This document shows positions 1 to 8,042 of a DNA stretch of 31,629 bases, piece after piece; the stretch's first letter is position 1; each line of letters begins with the position of its first letter. Source of the stretch: a virus (Duplodnaviria > Caudoviricetes); the IMG/VR virus record IMGVR_UViG_3300048670_000254, positions 1 through 31,629 of that record; one strand, given 5' to 3'. The position numbers and the translations under genes are program-made. The notes under the pieces are model-generated. The model was not told the origin of the DNA and did not search any database. It was given only the letters and a program-made list of their open reading frames with translations.

Positions 1-2
1 GT

Positions 3-480
3 AGAGCTTCCACCCGATGCGGTGTTGCCTTGCCCACCCGCCACCGTTGCGTAATTGGTTGATGTTCCATTTGAACTGCCGCCACCAATCGCACAATAAT
101 ATCCAGAAGAACTACTATTATATGCCCCGCCAGCAATAACTGATTTTTGTGATGAAGCTCCAATAGAATTTAGATGCCCACCTCCAATGGTTGATATAAA
201 TCCACTCACAATATTTTTATAACCACCGCCAACTGTTGCGTATTGACCCGATGCGGTGTTTTGTTCCCCGCCTCCAACCGTTGCACGACTAATTGAGGCG
301 ATGTTGCTTGTCCCACCGCCCACCGTTGCCCAAGAATCTGATGCCAAATTACCCACTCCACCACCAACCGTTGCGTAAAGACCCGATGCGGTGTTGGCAA
401 AACCGCCACCCACGGTTGTGTATTGAGCCGATGCAGTGTTAGCAAGCCCTCCACCAATTACAGAGCTTTCTCCAGAAGCA
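3..480 (-). repeat. Coding tandem repeat, about 42 bp unit (aacaccgcatcggg...gcaacggtggg)
   Basis: ccgatgc(g/a)gtgtt recurs near 15, 249, 383 and 428; it encodes the 14-aa repeats. Confidence 0.8.
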
Positions 481-656
481 ACTTGAGTTGCAGTATTTCG
501 ATACTGCTGTAAATCAACCGCACCAGTTCCACGGGCATTTCCCGTGACGGAAGCACCATTACGATAAGTAGCTTGCAAGCTACCTGCGCCCCCCTGAACT
601 GGAGGATTTTGTTTAGAGGAAACTAGTTGCGGAGAAGGTGCTTGAAATAATGGCAT
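3..656 (-). CDS. Tail fibre/adhesin-like protein with 14-aa NTASGxYATVGGG (YadA-head-like beta-roll) repeats; runs off the left edge
   Basis: Not in the ORF track. Read by hand from ATG at 656: MPLFQAPSPQ...GNARGTGAVDLQQYRNTATQVASGESSVIGGGLANTASAQYTTVGGGFANTASGLYATVGGG..., open to position 3. Confidence 0.75.
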   Translation of the reverse strand, partial: MPLFQAPSPQLVSSKQNPPVQGGAGSLQATYRNGASVTGNARGTGAVDLQQYRNTATQVASGESSVIGGGLANTASAQYTTVGGGFANTASGLYATVGGGVGNLASDSWATVGGGTSNIASISRATVGGGEQNTASGQYATVGGGYKNIVSGFISTIGGGHLNSIGASSQKSVIAGGAYNSSSSGYYCAIGGGSSNGTSTNYATVAGGQGNTASGGSS

Positions 657-666
657 CGTTTACTTT

Positions 667-900
667 CTAGCTAACTTGCGTTACTCTTGCAGTACCAGCC
701 GTTGCGAATACAGCAGAGTGCGTGATTGATGCTTGGTTTAGTGGTGCTTCGTAGTAGTCACCAGCGGATAGACGAACTTGGTAGGCAAGCGTGGTACAAG
801 TTGTTCCAACAGATATATGAAGGTTTCCGGCACCTTCGTTAAAAATTGTTAGAACTTCCCTTGTTGCATTAAATCCAGCAAGAACTGTCCTTGAATATTT
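667..900 (-). other. Out-of-frame (-1) C-terminal domain of the 849..1820 protein
   Basis: The -1 frame reads TVLAGFNATREVLTIFNEGAGNLHISVGTTCTTLAYQVRLSAGDYYEAPLNQASITHSAVFATAGTARVTQVS*. It has no start codon of its own and resembles a small beta-sandwich that caps many phage structural proteins. Confidence 0.65.
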
Positions 901-1820
901 GCGATTGTGATTGTATTTCCTATTGTGACGGATGAGATGCTAACTGGAACTGTTCCGCTGATGGATGCTGTGACGCTTCCGATCTGTGCTGTGCTTGCAA
1001 CTAAAGCTGGAAGAGTTGCAAGAGAAACTGGCTGTGTGGCTTGATAAAAAGTTCCGTTAACAGTGACGCTGGTATTTGCAATTGTAACTCCGTGAGTAGT
1101 GATTTGTGTAAAAGTAACGGTCTGGGTAGCTGGAAAGTTCAAAATTGAAGTAGAACCAGTAATGGTAGCAGTTCCAAATGTAACGGAAGCCTGTGTGAAT
1201 GTAACAGATGAAGTTCCAATAATACTTGTTGATCCAGTAATTACTGCCGTGCCAAAAGTTACTGGTGCTTGCGTAAAGGTAACTGTCTGTGTCGCTGGAA
1301 AATTAAGAATTGAAGTAGAGCCTGTAATTACTGCTGTTCCAAAAGTAACAGAAGGTGTTCCTGAAATGCTTGCGGTAACTGATCCGATCTGTGCTGTTCC
1401 CGCACCGATTGTTACACCATGCGTGGCGATTTGTGTAAAGGTTACCGAGGGAGTGCCAATAATGCTAGTTGAGCCTGTGATAACCGCTGTGCCGAAAGTA
1501 ACAGACGCTTGAGTAAATGTAACTGAAGGAGTTCCAGATATAGTAGCTGTAACGCTACCTCCAATCGTAACAGCAGATGCCCGAAGTTGTGTATCCGTAA
1601 GACCACCAGTAATTGTAACTTGACCCAGTGTAACCGTGATATTTTCAAGAGCGTTAAGAGTGTTTGGCCCAAGCTCCACTCCCGATACAGCCGTTGCTAT
1701 ATCTGTAATAGCCTGTGTGCCAAGCGATGTAACCGTGTGCGCTGGCACATGGGCGTTGCTAATAATAATAGTTGAAAGTGTCGTAGGTGACTGATTGCCG
1801 TCAAGAATAGGGAGTGCCAT
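849..1820 (-). CDS. Thr/Ser/Val-rich repetitive virion (fibre-like) protein, apparently frameshifted near its 3' end
   Basis: Four VTFGTA(V/T)ITGSTSI repeats, GLTDTQLRAS and GTFYQATQPVSLA motifs typical of phage fibre-like proteins; lies in the tail region. Confidence 0.7.
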   Translation of the reverse strand: MALPILDGNQSPTTLSTIIISNAHVPAHTVTSLGTQAITDIATAVSGVELGPNTLNALENITVTLGQVTITGGLTDTQLRASAVTIGGSVTATISGTPSVTFTQASVTFGTAVITGSTSIIGTPSVTFTQIATHGVTIGAGTAQIGSVTASISGTPSVTFGTAVITGSTSILNFPATQTVTFTQAPVTFGTAVITGSTSIIGTSSVTFTQASVTFGTATITGSTSILNFPATQTVTFTQITTHGVTIANTSVTVNGTFYQATQPVSLATLPALVASTAQIGSVTASISGTVPVSISSVTIGNTITIANIQGQFLLDLMQQGKF

Positions 1821-1834
1821 ATAGCTATCCTCTG

Positions 1835-1840
1835 TGTCAA
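1835..1840 (-). promoter_or_regulatory. TTGACA element 14 nt upstream of ATG 1820
   Basis: One of six TTGA(C/T)A-N13-17-ATG sites before structural genes. Confidence 0.5.
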
Positions 1841-2331
1841 AGTAGAGCCAAATACTGTGAGTTCAGATAATCGCTGAAGTCTAAACTCCTAGTTCCAGCA
1901 TTTGTGGATGGAGTGCAAATTACTGAAAGGACAAGCCCCCTATTCCAAGCTCTTTTAGCTATTTGTATAGTAGGAGTTTGAGAGGAAATCCTTGCCATAT
2001 AAGTCTTTAAATATACTGAATGACTTGTGATTTGATCAACCAAGGTGGTTGAGTTGTCGTATAAATGAGCAAAAATGTTAAGGTATTCAGCATCAAATGC
2101 ATCCCTGCTAATCAAAGCAGAACTATTGGAGTAATCGACGGCCACCTCCATTTCGTACACTCCGGAATATGGTGTAACCAATTGCCGAATGGGTTTTGTG
2201 GTTACCGTAACATATGGGAAAAGCTTGGCTCCTGTCCTGTTAGTTCCGTAAACATTCACGGTTGTTGAATCGTTTATAAGTGATGCAACAGCGTGTTCCA
2301 ACTGATAATCCGGCGACTGGGTAAGGCTCAT
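1837..2331 (-). CDS. Putative tail-completion/terminator-like protein (paralog of 2328..2753)
   Basis: Size, position after the head-closure gene, NVYGTNRTGAKLFPYV...TPYSGVYEM. Confidence 0.55.
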   Translation of the reverse strand: MSLTQSPDYQLEHAVASLINDSTTVNVYGTNRTGAKLFPYVTVTTKPIRQLVTPYSGVYEMEVAVDYSNSSALISRDAFDAEYLNIFAHLYDNSTTLVDQITSHSVYLKTYMARISSQTPTIQIAKRAWNRGLVLSVICTPSTNAGTRSLDFSDYLNSQYLALL

Positions 2332-2753
2332 GGAGTTGTTACCTTAATATCCATAATAATGTCTTTTGCCCAAGTGCGAGAAGGAGCCACGATCCGCTGT
2401 CCAATTCTGGCAATATCCGCAATATAAAATGTTAAATTTCCTGATGCCGTGGTCATCTGGGATGCGATGTTTGGATCTGTATAAAGCGACTGCTGAATGC
2501 TTGCAAACACAACATCGTATGATTGATCCGTTGAGGTATCAGCCCTAGCCACATAAGAAATTGTAGCCGTAAGATCAAAAACTCCGGTAAACGGAGCGAT
2601 CTCTTCAGAGTTGATCTGGGCTACAATTGACACAAACGGAAGAAGTCTTCCGGAGATTCTTTCGGATGTATAAATGTTAACGCCTGTAACGCCACCAGTG
2701 GTTAGGGCAGTGGCGAGGGCGTTTTCGACATCTCGCTCAATTGATGTGGTCAT
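2328..2753 (-). CDS. Putative tail-completion/terminator-like protein
   Basis: 141 aa, NIYTSERISGRLLPFV...APFTGVFDL; ATGA overlaps with both neighbours. Confidence 0.55.
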   Translation of the reverse strand: MTTSIERDVENALATALTTGGVTGVNIYTSERISGRLLPFVSIVAQINSEEIAPFTGVFDLTATISYVARADTSTDQSYDVVFASIQQSLYTDPNIASQMTTASGNLTFYIADIARIGQRIVAPSRTWAKDIIMDIKVTTP

Positions 2754-3073
2754 CCGGTAGTGATGTCTGCGACATCGATATTATAGGAAACACCGTCTGC
2801 CGAAATAGTCCAACGAGCTACCATTCTTTCAGTTCCACCAATAGTGCAAAGCGACCCAATTGTGGGAGGAGCCGAAATAGCCGTAGCTTGTACGATCAAT
2901 GTCTGGGTAATGGTATAAACTTCACCACCAACTTCAAGCTCTGAAGCAAAGGAAAGATCTGTAACTGAAGCAGATACGGTATTAATAGCAAGCCCAGTTA
3001 CGGTAGTGTACAGGTCAGAAATAAGCTCTGACAGGTCAGTGTTTAGTACATTTGTATCTAGACGGCCAGCCAT
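2750..3073 (-). CDS. Putative head-tail joining/head-closure protein
   Basis: 107 aa, beta-rich, PTIGSLCTIGGTERMV pattern, synteny. Confidence 0.55.
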   Translation of the reverse strand: MAGRLDTNVLNTDLSELISDLYTTVTGLAINTVSASVTDLSFASELEVGGEVYTITQTLIVQATAISAPPTIGSLCTIGGTERMVARWTISADGVSYNIDVADITTG

Positions 3074-3089
3074 ATTACATATATAGCTC

Positions 3090-3095
3090 TGTCAA
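3090..3095 (-). promoter_or_regulatory. TTGACA element 16 nt upstream of ATG 3073
   Basis: Member of the TTGACA-N13-17-ATG family. Confidence 0.5.
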
Positions 3096-3158
3096 GGAAT
3101 GCCACTGGTTGACCACAAAGACGCTTTAAAACGGCATTATAGAGCGATTTTAGGCCAT

Positions 3159-3821
3159 TTAAAGGTGTATAATATTTGCACCTAGCGTGTAATCATCCTG
3201 ATAATTGCCTGTGGGGATTAGGTCATAGGATTCCCTTACAGCAGATGCAATAACCGCCGGAGAAGAATTTATCCCCATAAAGTTCCTAGCGTTCTGAATC
3301 AAAAACGGCATATAGACAACAGAGCTACAACTGATCGCCGTGAGTCCGTTAATGTCCAGTTCCGGTGGGCATAAAACTACAAGATTGTCCTTTCCGTAAA
3401 TCGATATGGCTTTCTTGATAACATTCATCGGATCGTGACGCACGATCTGGCTTATCCCAAAAGGAGCAACCAGATCATAAACTCCTAGGTCTGGAGCCAT
3501 CCAAATATTATCCAAGACGATTCTTTCACCAACTGCGTCTGGAAACTCTCCCCCAAACACAAACTCTTCCCATCGTTTTTCGCTCTTCCTCCAATCATCA
3601 TAAAGCAACGGCCATATTTGCCTATTAAATACATAGTCAAATCTTTCATACGATTCATTAATTTTCTTATGCTTTACATAGGTTGTACATTTTAAAATAT
3701 CCGCATACTCATCTTTGCACTCAAAAAATACTTCGTCTCCTCTGTCTGCGAATAACTTTGCCAACGGCAACATCCGAAGGATATCTCCAAGTCTTTCGTG
3801 ATATTGTATAAGAACCTTCAT
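3159..3821 (-). CDS. GT9/heptosyltransferase-like glycosyltransferase (GT-B)
   Basis: N-terminal RLGDILRMLPLAK and C-terminal FMGINSSPAVIA match GT9-like patterns (xLGD; FxGxDSGxxHxA). Confidence 0.6.
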   Translation of the reverse strand: MKVLIQYHERLGDILRMLPLAKLFADRGDEVFFECKDEYADILKCTTYVKHKKINESYERFDYVFNRQIWPLLYDDWRKSEKRWEEFVFGGEFPDAVGERIVLDNIWMAPDLGVYDLVAPFGISQIVRHDPMNVIKKAISIYGKDNLVVLCPPELDINGLTAISCSSVVYMPFLIQNARNFMGINSSPAVIASAVRESYDLIPTGNYQDDYTLGANIIHL

Positions 3822-5671
3822 CCAGCGAAGTATTCAGTTACTTTATGATTTAAAGCCTCATCAGAATCTAGTAGCTTTATTTTTCTTCCTTTATTTTGCT
3901 CAGACTTTAGTGCTAGGTCTGCGTTGCTTTTTGTATATGTATCAATCTGTTCGTTATCCATGCTTCCACGAAGCCTTGCGGGTACTCCACATCCTGTGCA
4001 AAAGTGTTTAATCTGACCCTCAAATTCTCGGATTGGTTTTTTCCACCATCCCTCTACTACTGGATGTCCGTTATCTGTTCCCCTTGCAAGATCGAAAGAA
4101 GCGGCAACCTCGCAGAAATAGGCTCTTAAATTTCCATTGTTCTGCACAATAGATGCAGACCACTCCCTATTCACATCACACCCAGCGATCTTCTCCCACA
4201 TTTCTTTCTCTGGATATAGGTCTTTTACCGCTGTCAGGAGGGGTGCGTGACGAGAATTTCCCACATAGTATCCTCCATTAAATCCACGCTGATTCACCAT
4301 TACATTGTGAAGGTCTTTGAGCTTTTCATTCGCCCTTTCCTCGTTATGGGGGTTAAGGTTCAAACCACCAAATGTCTTTTCAATTATTTCCCTATGCTTG
4401 AAGTAGTTGTTCGTCCATAGCCCCCTTTGATGCTGGTTCGGAATCTCCTCACGAAATACCTCGCATAGCTTTTCAAACTGCGTATGTACGCAAGGATTCC
4501 CGCCGATCATAGCAATAATTCCCTTGAAGTCCTTAAGACTGCGAAGTGCCAAGCGGAAGTTTTCTGGGGTCATCTCCCATAGCGAGTCTTGGTTTTTTAA
4601 AAGGCGAGTGCAGTTAGAGCAAGCCAAGTCACATTTGTTTGTCACATCCACGCAGATAATCTGCATATGCTCTGGGCTTCTCATCTTGCCAATGGCAATA
4701 TCGGCATAGGATTGGCTCTCAAGATTTTCAGCTACTTTTTCCATGGTAAACTCCTTTTCAAATAAATGCCTATCCTTGGCTATGCTTTTCTGCTTTTCAT
4801 TGATTTCATCAATGGATAGACGCTGAATAAAGTCCGTCAAGCTAAACAAGTGGCGTTCCTCTGTGACATAGCAATATTTATTCCAGTCGATTTTGTCTGC
4901 AAATGGAAGCACATATTCATCTGATACCAATATCGGTATTGACCCATTCAGCAAAGCCTCAATAAACCTAAACGACCATCTTCCATATCCAGCAGGACAA
5001 AGACTAAATACCGACCTAGCCATTAGATCGTGATATGTAATTTCTCCTAGTTTTTTTGAAACTTCATCAGGAGATCCGACTACAATTTTATTGCTTTCAA
5101 ACCTTCTTTTAAACTCTAGTAGCCTACCCCCACGGATATGTTCTTGCGGAAGATGAAGATGCTTCATTCCACCCATAAATGATAGTAAAATATCCCTTTC
5201 AACATTTTGTTTTTTTGCTTCTTTATTTTGATAGGGGAGAATCGCTATGTCTTGCTTGTGAAGGCTCGCCAATGATTCAAGCACAATTAAGATAAAGCGG
5301 TCATCCATCCAGTTATACTTTTTATCGTAAGCTCGAAGTGGATTGGCTTCGTGCGTCATTTCGTGCTTTGATTCTTCCCTTTGTCCGACATCTCCAGTTG
5401 AAACAAGAATATGTTTTCCTCTGTGGAGATAGGCACAATGCTTTACCAAAAGCTCTGGATCGACATTTGCAAATTGTAGCCCAGCCATAAAGATAGGCAC
5501 AAAAAAGAAGTTTGCCTCGTCTGGGTCTTTCGTTTCAAACTTTTTAAAGAAATTATAAAAATCTATCAAATACTGAAGATGTGGATACAGGCGATTTAGC
5601 TGTGCATAAAACAAGTTTTTCTGCCATATCTCATTCGACAAAATGAGATCGTGGTAGATAAAAATCTTCAC
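3818..5671 (-). CDS. Exostosin (GT47) glycosyltransferase fused to a radical SAM domain
   Basis: N-half DPDEANFFFVP and SVFSLCPAGYGRWSFRFIEALLNGSIPILVSDEYVLPF (exostosin). C-half VTNKCDLACSNC (CxxxCxxC), GGNP, and further Cys (FCEV, CTGC). Confidence 0.85.
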   Translation of the reverse strand: MKIFIYHDLILSNEIWQKNLFYAQLNRLYPHLQYLIDFYNFFKKFETKDPDEANFFFVPIFMAGLQFANVDPELLVKHCAYLHRGKHILVSTGDVGQREESKHEMTHEANPLRAYDKKYNWMDDRFILIVLESLASLHKQDIAILPYQNKEAKKQNVERDILLSFMGGMKHLHLPQEHIRGGRLLEFKRRFESNKIVVGSPDEVSKKLGEITYHDLMARSVFSLCPAGYGRWSFRFIEALLNGSIPILVSDEYVLPFADKIDWNKYCYVTEERHLFSLTDFIQRLSIDEINEKQKSIAKDRHLFEKEFTMEKVAENLESQSYADIAIGKMRSPEHMQIICVDVTNKCDLACSNCTRLLKNQDSLWEMTPENFRLALRSLKDFKGIIAMIGGNPCVHTQFEKLCEVFREEIPNQHQRGLWTNNYFKHREIIEKTFGGLNLNPHNEERANEKLKDLHNVMVNQRGFNGGYYVGNSRHAPLLTAVKDLYPEKEMWEKIAGCDVNREWSASIVQNNGNLRAYFCEVAASFDLARGTDNGHPVVEGWWKKPIREFEGQIKHFCTGCGVPARLRGSMDNEQIDTYTKSNADLALKSEQNKGRKIKLLDSDEALNHKVTEYFAG

Positions 5672-6153
5672 TCTTTAAATCCAACTACTGAAAATGACCA
5701 ATATAGATCTCTCTCGCTATTTATAACATTTATAAATCCAATATCGTTTAGTGTTTTTGCTATGTCCTTTGGATGGAAAATGTGCTTATGTTTGCGATTA
5801 TTTTGAGGCAACCAATATTCCATATCTGGATGTGGCAAGTATAGGAATAGTGTTCCCTTTGGACGCAAGTGATCTTTCCAGCACAAAAGCGAATCAATGT
5901 AATTTTCTGTATGTTCTAGCGTATGAGAGCTAAATATAAAGTCATATGTTTCATCTGGAAGATTTGTTGCATTAAATCCATCATCTTTGCTTGTGTTTAT
6001 AGTCCTTGCATTCGGGAAATTCCACTTATCTGTTCCCCCTATATCTAGGCCATTCCCAACACAGAATTGCCTTGCAAATTCAATTATATATGAGCAAGCG
6101 TTTCCATTTTTAATATATTCTGGATATATTTTATCTTTATATTCAAAGATCAT
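5668..6153 (-). CDS. Class I SAM-dependent methyltransferase (Methyltransf_11-like)
   Basis: GLDIGG, YDFIFSSHTLEH, LRPKGTLFLYLP. Confidence 0.85.
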   Translation of the reverse strand: MIFEYKDKIYPEYIKNGNACSYIIEFARQFCVGNGLDIGGTDKWNFPNARTINTSKDDGFNATNLPDETYDFIFSSHTLEHTENYIDSLLCWKDHLRPKGTLFLYLPHPDMEYWLPQNNRKHKHIFHPKDIAKTLNDIGFINVINSERDLYWSFSVVGFKE

Positions 6154-7826
6154 GGGTTTCTTTCTTCAAAAATCTTCTTTCCAAGCTCATAGTTTGCCAT
6201 GGAATTATGAGTCCGAAATACGACATCCTTTTCTGCTCCGGTAAAGAACGGATTCTGGTGATTAAACACAAGATCTGTGGCATCCACCTGAATGTCCTTG
6301 GTTCTTTTTGTGAATTCGTTATCTGCGTAAATACCCGAACACTTTGTATATTCAGGTGCGTAAAAATGACCGCCAAGGTAATCTAGGGTTGGCTTGGTCA
6401 TAATTCCGATGCATAGCAGATCATCTTTACGGTGACCGTCCGATACCGCAAGAACTGCTGGCTTGGTGGGATCTGGAAGTCTGCGCCGGATCTCTTCATC
6501 CCATCCAACCGGAGGAACAAAATCGTCGGATACCTGAATGATGTATTTTCCTTTGGCTTGTTTCATGGTTTCGTTCCACGCACCGACACACTTGCCATCT
6601 GGTACGATCACTCTCTCGTTTCCGGCGTACTCATCTGCATCCACATCCACCCCTAAAAGATGCTGAATTTTGTTGGGTTGTTTGGCCATGGATAGCCAAG
6701 CCCACCGTGCAGACTGGAATCCATTCGGCCTAGCCGTGGCATGGCACAAAGTAATGTCGATTTCTCCAAAATTTTTTTCTTTGTCTTCTTGCAGAAACTT
6801 GACCAGATCCGTCATGCCTAATGCCCTAGCGCAACGCTGGTAAAGATCCGGAGCCTCCCACTTGTAGATTGCGTCTTTTGTAGTCCAGTAGGACTGATTT
6901 GGTAGCGGTATTGAACAGCAGGATCTAGCCAGTGCCAAAGCCTCGGTGTAATGCTTCCGGTTGTAGTAATCTTCCGCAATATAATACAGAGCCTCGATCC
7001 GTTGAGGCTGTAGGGCATATGCCTTGAAAAGCTCTTCTCTCTTGGCGACAGGATCAGCAAGAGATCTGCCGATGATTGTATGGCACTGAACCCGAAGAAT
7101 GATGTCCAGCTTGTCGTCGGCCAAGGCACATTTAGCGTGTTGAATCGCTTCCTGATATTGTCCGGACAGGAAATGCTCTTCTGCCTTGTAGAATCGAAAT
7201 AGCCAGTTTTCACGGAGCGACTCATCCAAAATTTTATGGTTACGGATGACGCTGGATTTCTTGTGATCGATTGGCGCATGAACAATGAGTCCGTGATGCG
7301 TTCCCATGGCTTTAGCCGAATCCTTGAGTGGCTTTAATTGTTCGTGAACTGGATACCGCCAGTGAAACTTGCCTTTTCTAGTGATTCTTTCACGCACTGG
7401 GCAAAGTCCGGCCAAAGGCACGGAATACCCAAAAAAAATGCAGTCATGGTCATCAACCCTAGAAGCCATCTCAAACAGCACCTTATCGGCTCCTTCAACC
7501 AGAAGGTCATCTGCATCAAACCACATGGCAAAGTCGCTTGTACAGGCATTTAAAGCGCAATTTCTGGCATCTGCGAAGCTATCCAGATGATCCCAGTCCT
7601 CGTTTCCGGACTTGTTTCTATAAACTACAACCTTTGCGCCGTACTTCTTGGCTATTTCCTCAAGGATAGGCAAACCCTCATCCGTATGCTTGCCCATGGC
7701 AGAACAAAGCACGATTTCATCCGGCTTTAGCTTTGAGAACGACTCAAGCGATCTGGCAATATATTTGGAGGCACACTCTCTGGAAACAATGGCGTACAGC
7801 GAAAAAGTAAATGGGAATTTGTCCAT
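6150..7826 (-). CDS. GT2-like glycosyltransferase - TPR - second GT-A domain
   Basis: SFADARN...WFDADD...VHEQL, TPR-like helices, then VGAWNE...QVSDDF...YADNEFT. Confidence 0.85.
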   Translation of the reverse strand: MDKFPFTFSLYAIVSRECASKYIARSLESFSKLKPDEIVLCSAMGKHTDEGLPILEEIAKKYGAKVVVYRNKSGNEDWDHLDSFADARNCALNACTSDFAMWFDADDLLVEGADKVLFEMASRVDDHDCIFFGYSVPLAGLCPVRERITRKGKFHWRYPVHEQLKPLKDSAKAMGTHHGLIVHAPIDHKKSSVIRNHKILDESLRENWLFRFYKAEEHFLSGQYQEAIQHAKCALADDKLDIILRVQCHTIIGRSLADPVAKREELFKAYALQPQRIEALYYIAEDYYNRKHYTEALALARSCCSIPLPNQSYWTTKDAIYKWEAPDLYQRCARALGMTDLVKFLQEDKEKNFGEIDITLCHATARPNGFQSARWAWLSMAKQPNKIQHLLGVDVDADEYAGNERVIVPDGKCVGAWNETMKQAKGKYIIQVSDDFVPPVGWDEEIRRRLPDPTKPAVLAVSDGHRKDDLLCIGIMTKPTLDYLGGHFYAPEYTKCSGIYADNEFTKRTKDIQVDATDLVFNHQNPFFTGAEKDVVFRTHNSMANYELGKKIFEERNP

Positions 7827-7832
7827 TTTTGA

Positions 7833-7860
7833 ACTCTAGGAATCTGGGTTAATCTGGCAA
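7833..7860 (-). promoter_or_regulatory. Sigma70-like promoter, likely leaderless (TTGCCA-16-TAGAGT-6-ATG)
   Basis: -35 at 7855-7860, -10 at 7833-7838, ATG at 7826. Confidence 0.55.
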
Positions 7861-7867
7861 GTAAAAT

Positions 7868-8008
7868 TTAAACTTTATAGTCTTCCCAAGCCCCCATGGT
7901 GGGAGTTTCTGGATACTTTGTTGGGTATTCTTCTACTGGCTTTGGTTTTGAGCATGAAGACAAAATCCAAAGCATTACTACAAATAAAAAGGGGGAAGGA
8001 ACTTTCAT
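7868..8008 (-). CDS. Possible 46-aa lipoprotein
   Basis: MKVPSPFLFVVMLWILSSCSKPKPVEEYPTKYPETPTMGAWEDYKV*: basic N-terminus, hydrophobic stretch, LSSC lipobox-like motif, G-rich SD-like sequence upstream. Below the ORF-track cutoff. Confidence 0.45.
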   Translation of the reverse strand: MKVPSPFLFVVMLWILSSCSKPKPVEEYPTKYPETPTMGAWEDYKV

Positions 8009-8021
8009 TCCCTCCCCCTTT
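7986..8021 (-). terminator. Intrinsic terminator after the major capsid gene
   Basis: AAAGGGGGAGGGAA-tgaaag-TTCCTTCCCCC-TTTTT on the minus strand, about 20 nt after the MCP stop. Confidence 0.7.
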
Positions 8022-8042
8022 CTACATGAACTAACCAACCAA

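Noticed and set aside
206-457. 83-aa minus-strand ORF in the track
   Set aside because: Shadow frame of the repeat gene 3..656.
3-1510. Repeats as a CRISPR array or DGR template
   Set aside because: Units are degenerate, codon-phased and coding; no cas or reverse transcriptase gene in the window.
1099-1512. 137-aa plus-strand Val/Pro-rich ORF
   Set aside because: Antisense mirror of the Thr-rich repeats.
6818-7285. 155-aa alternative-frame ORF inside the GT-TPR gene
   Set aside because: No SD or recognisable motif, unlike the nested MTase ORF.
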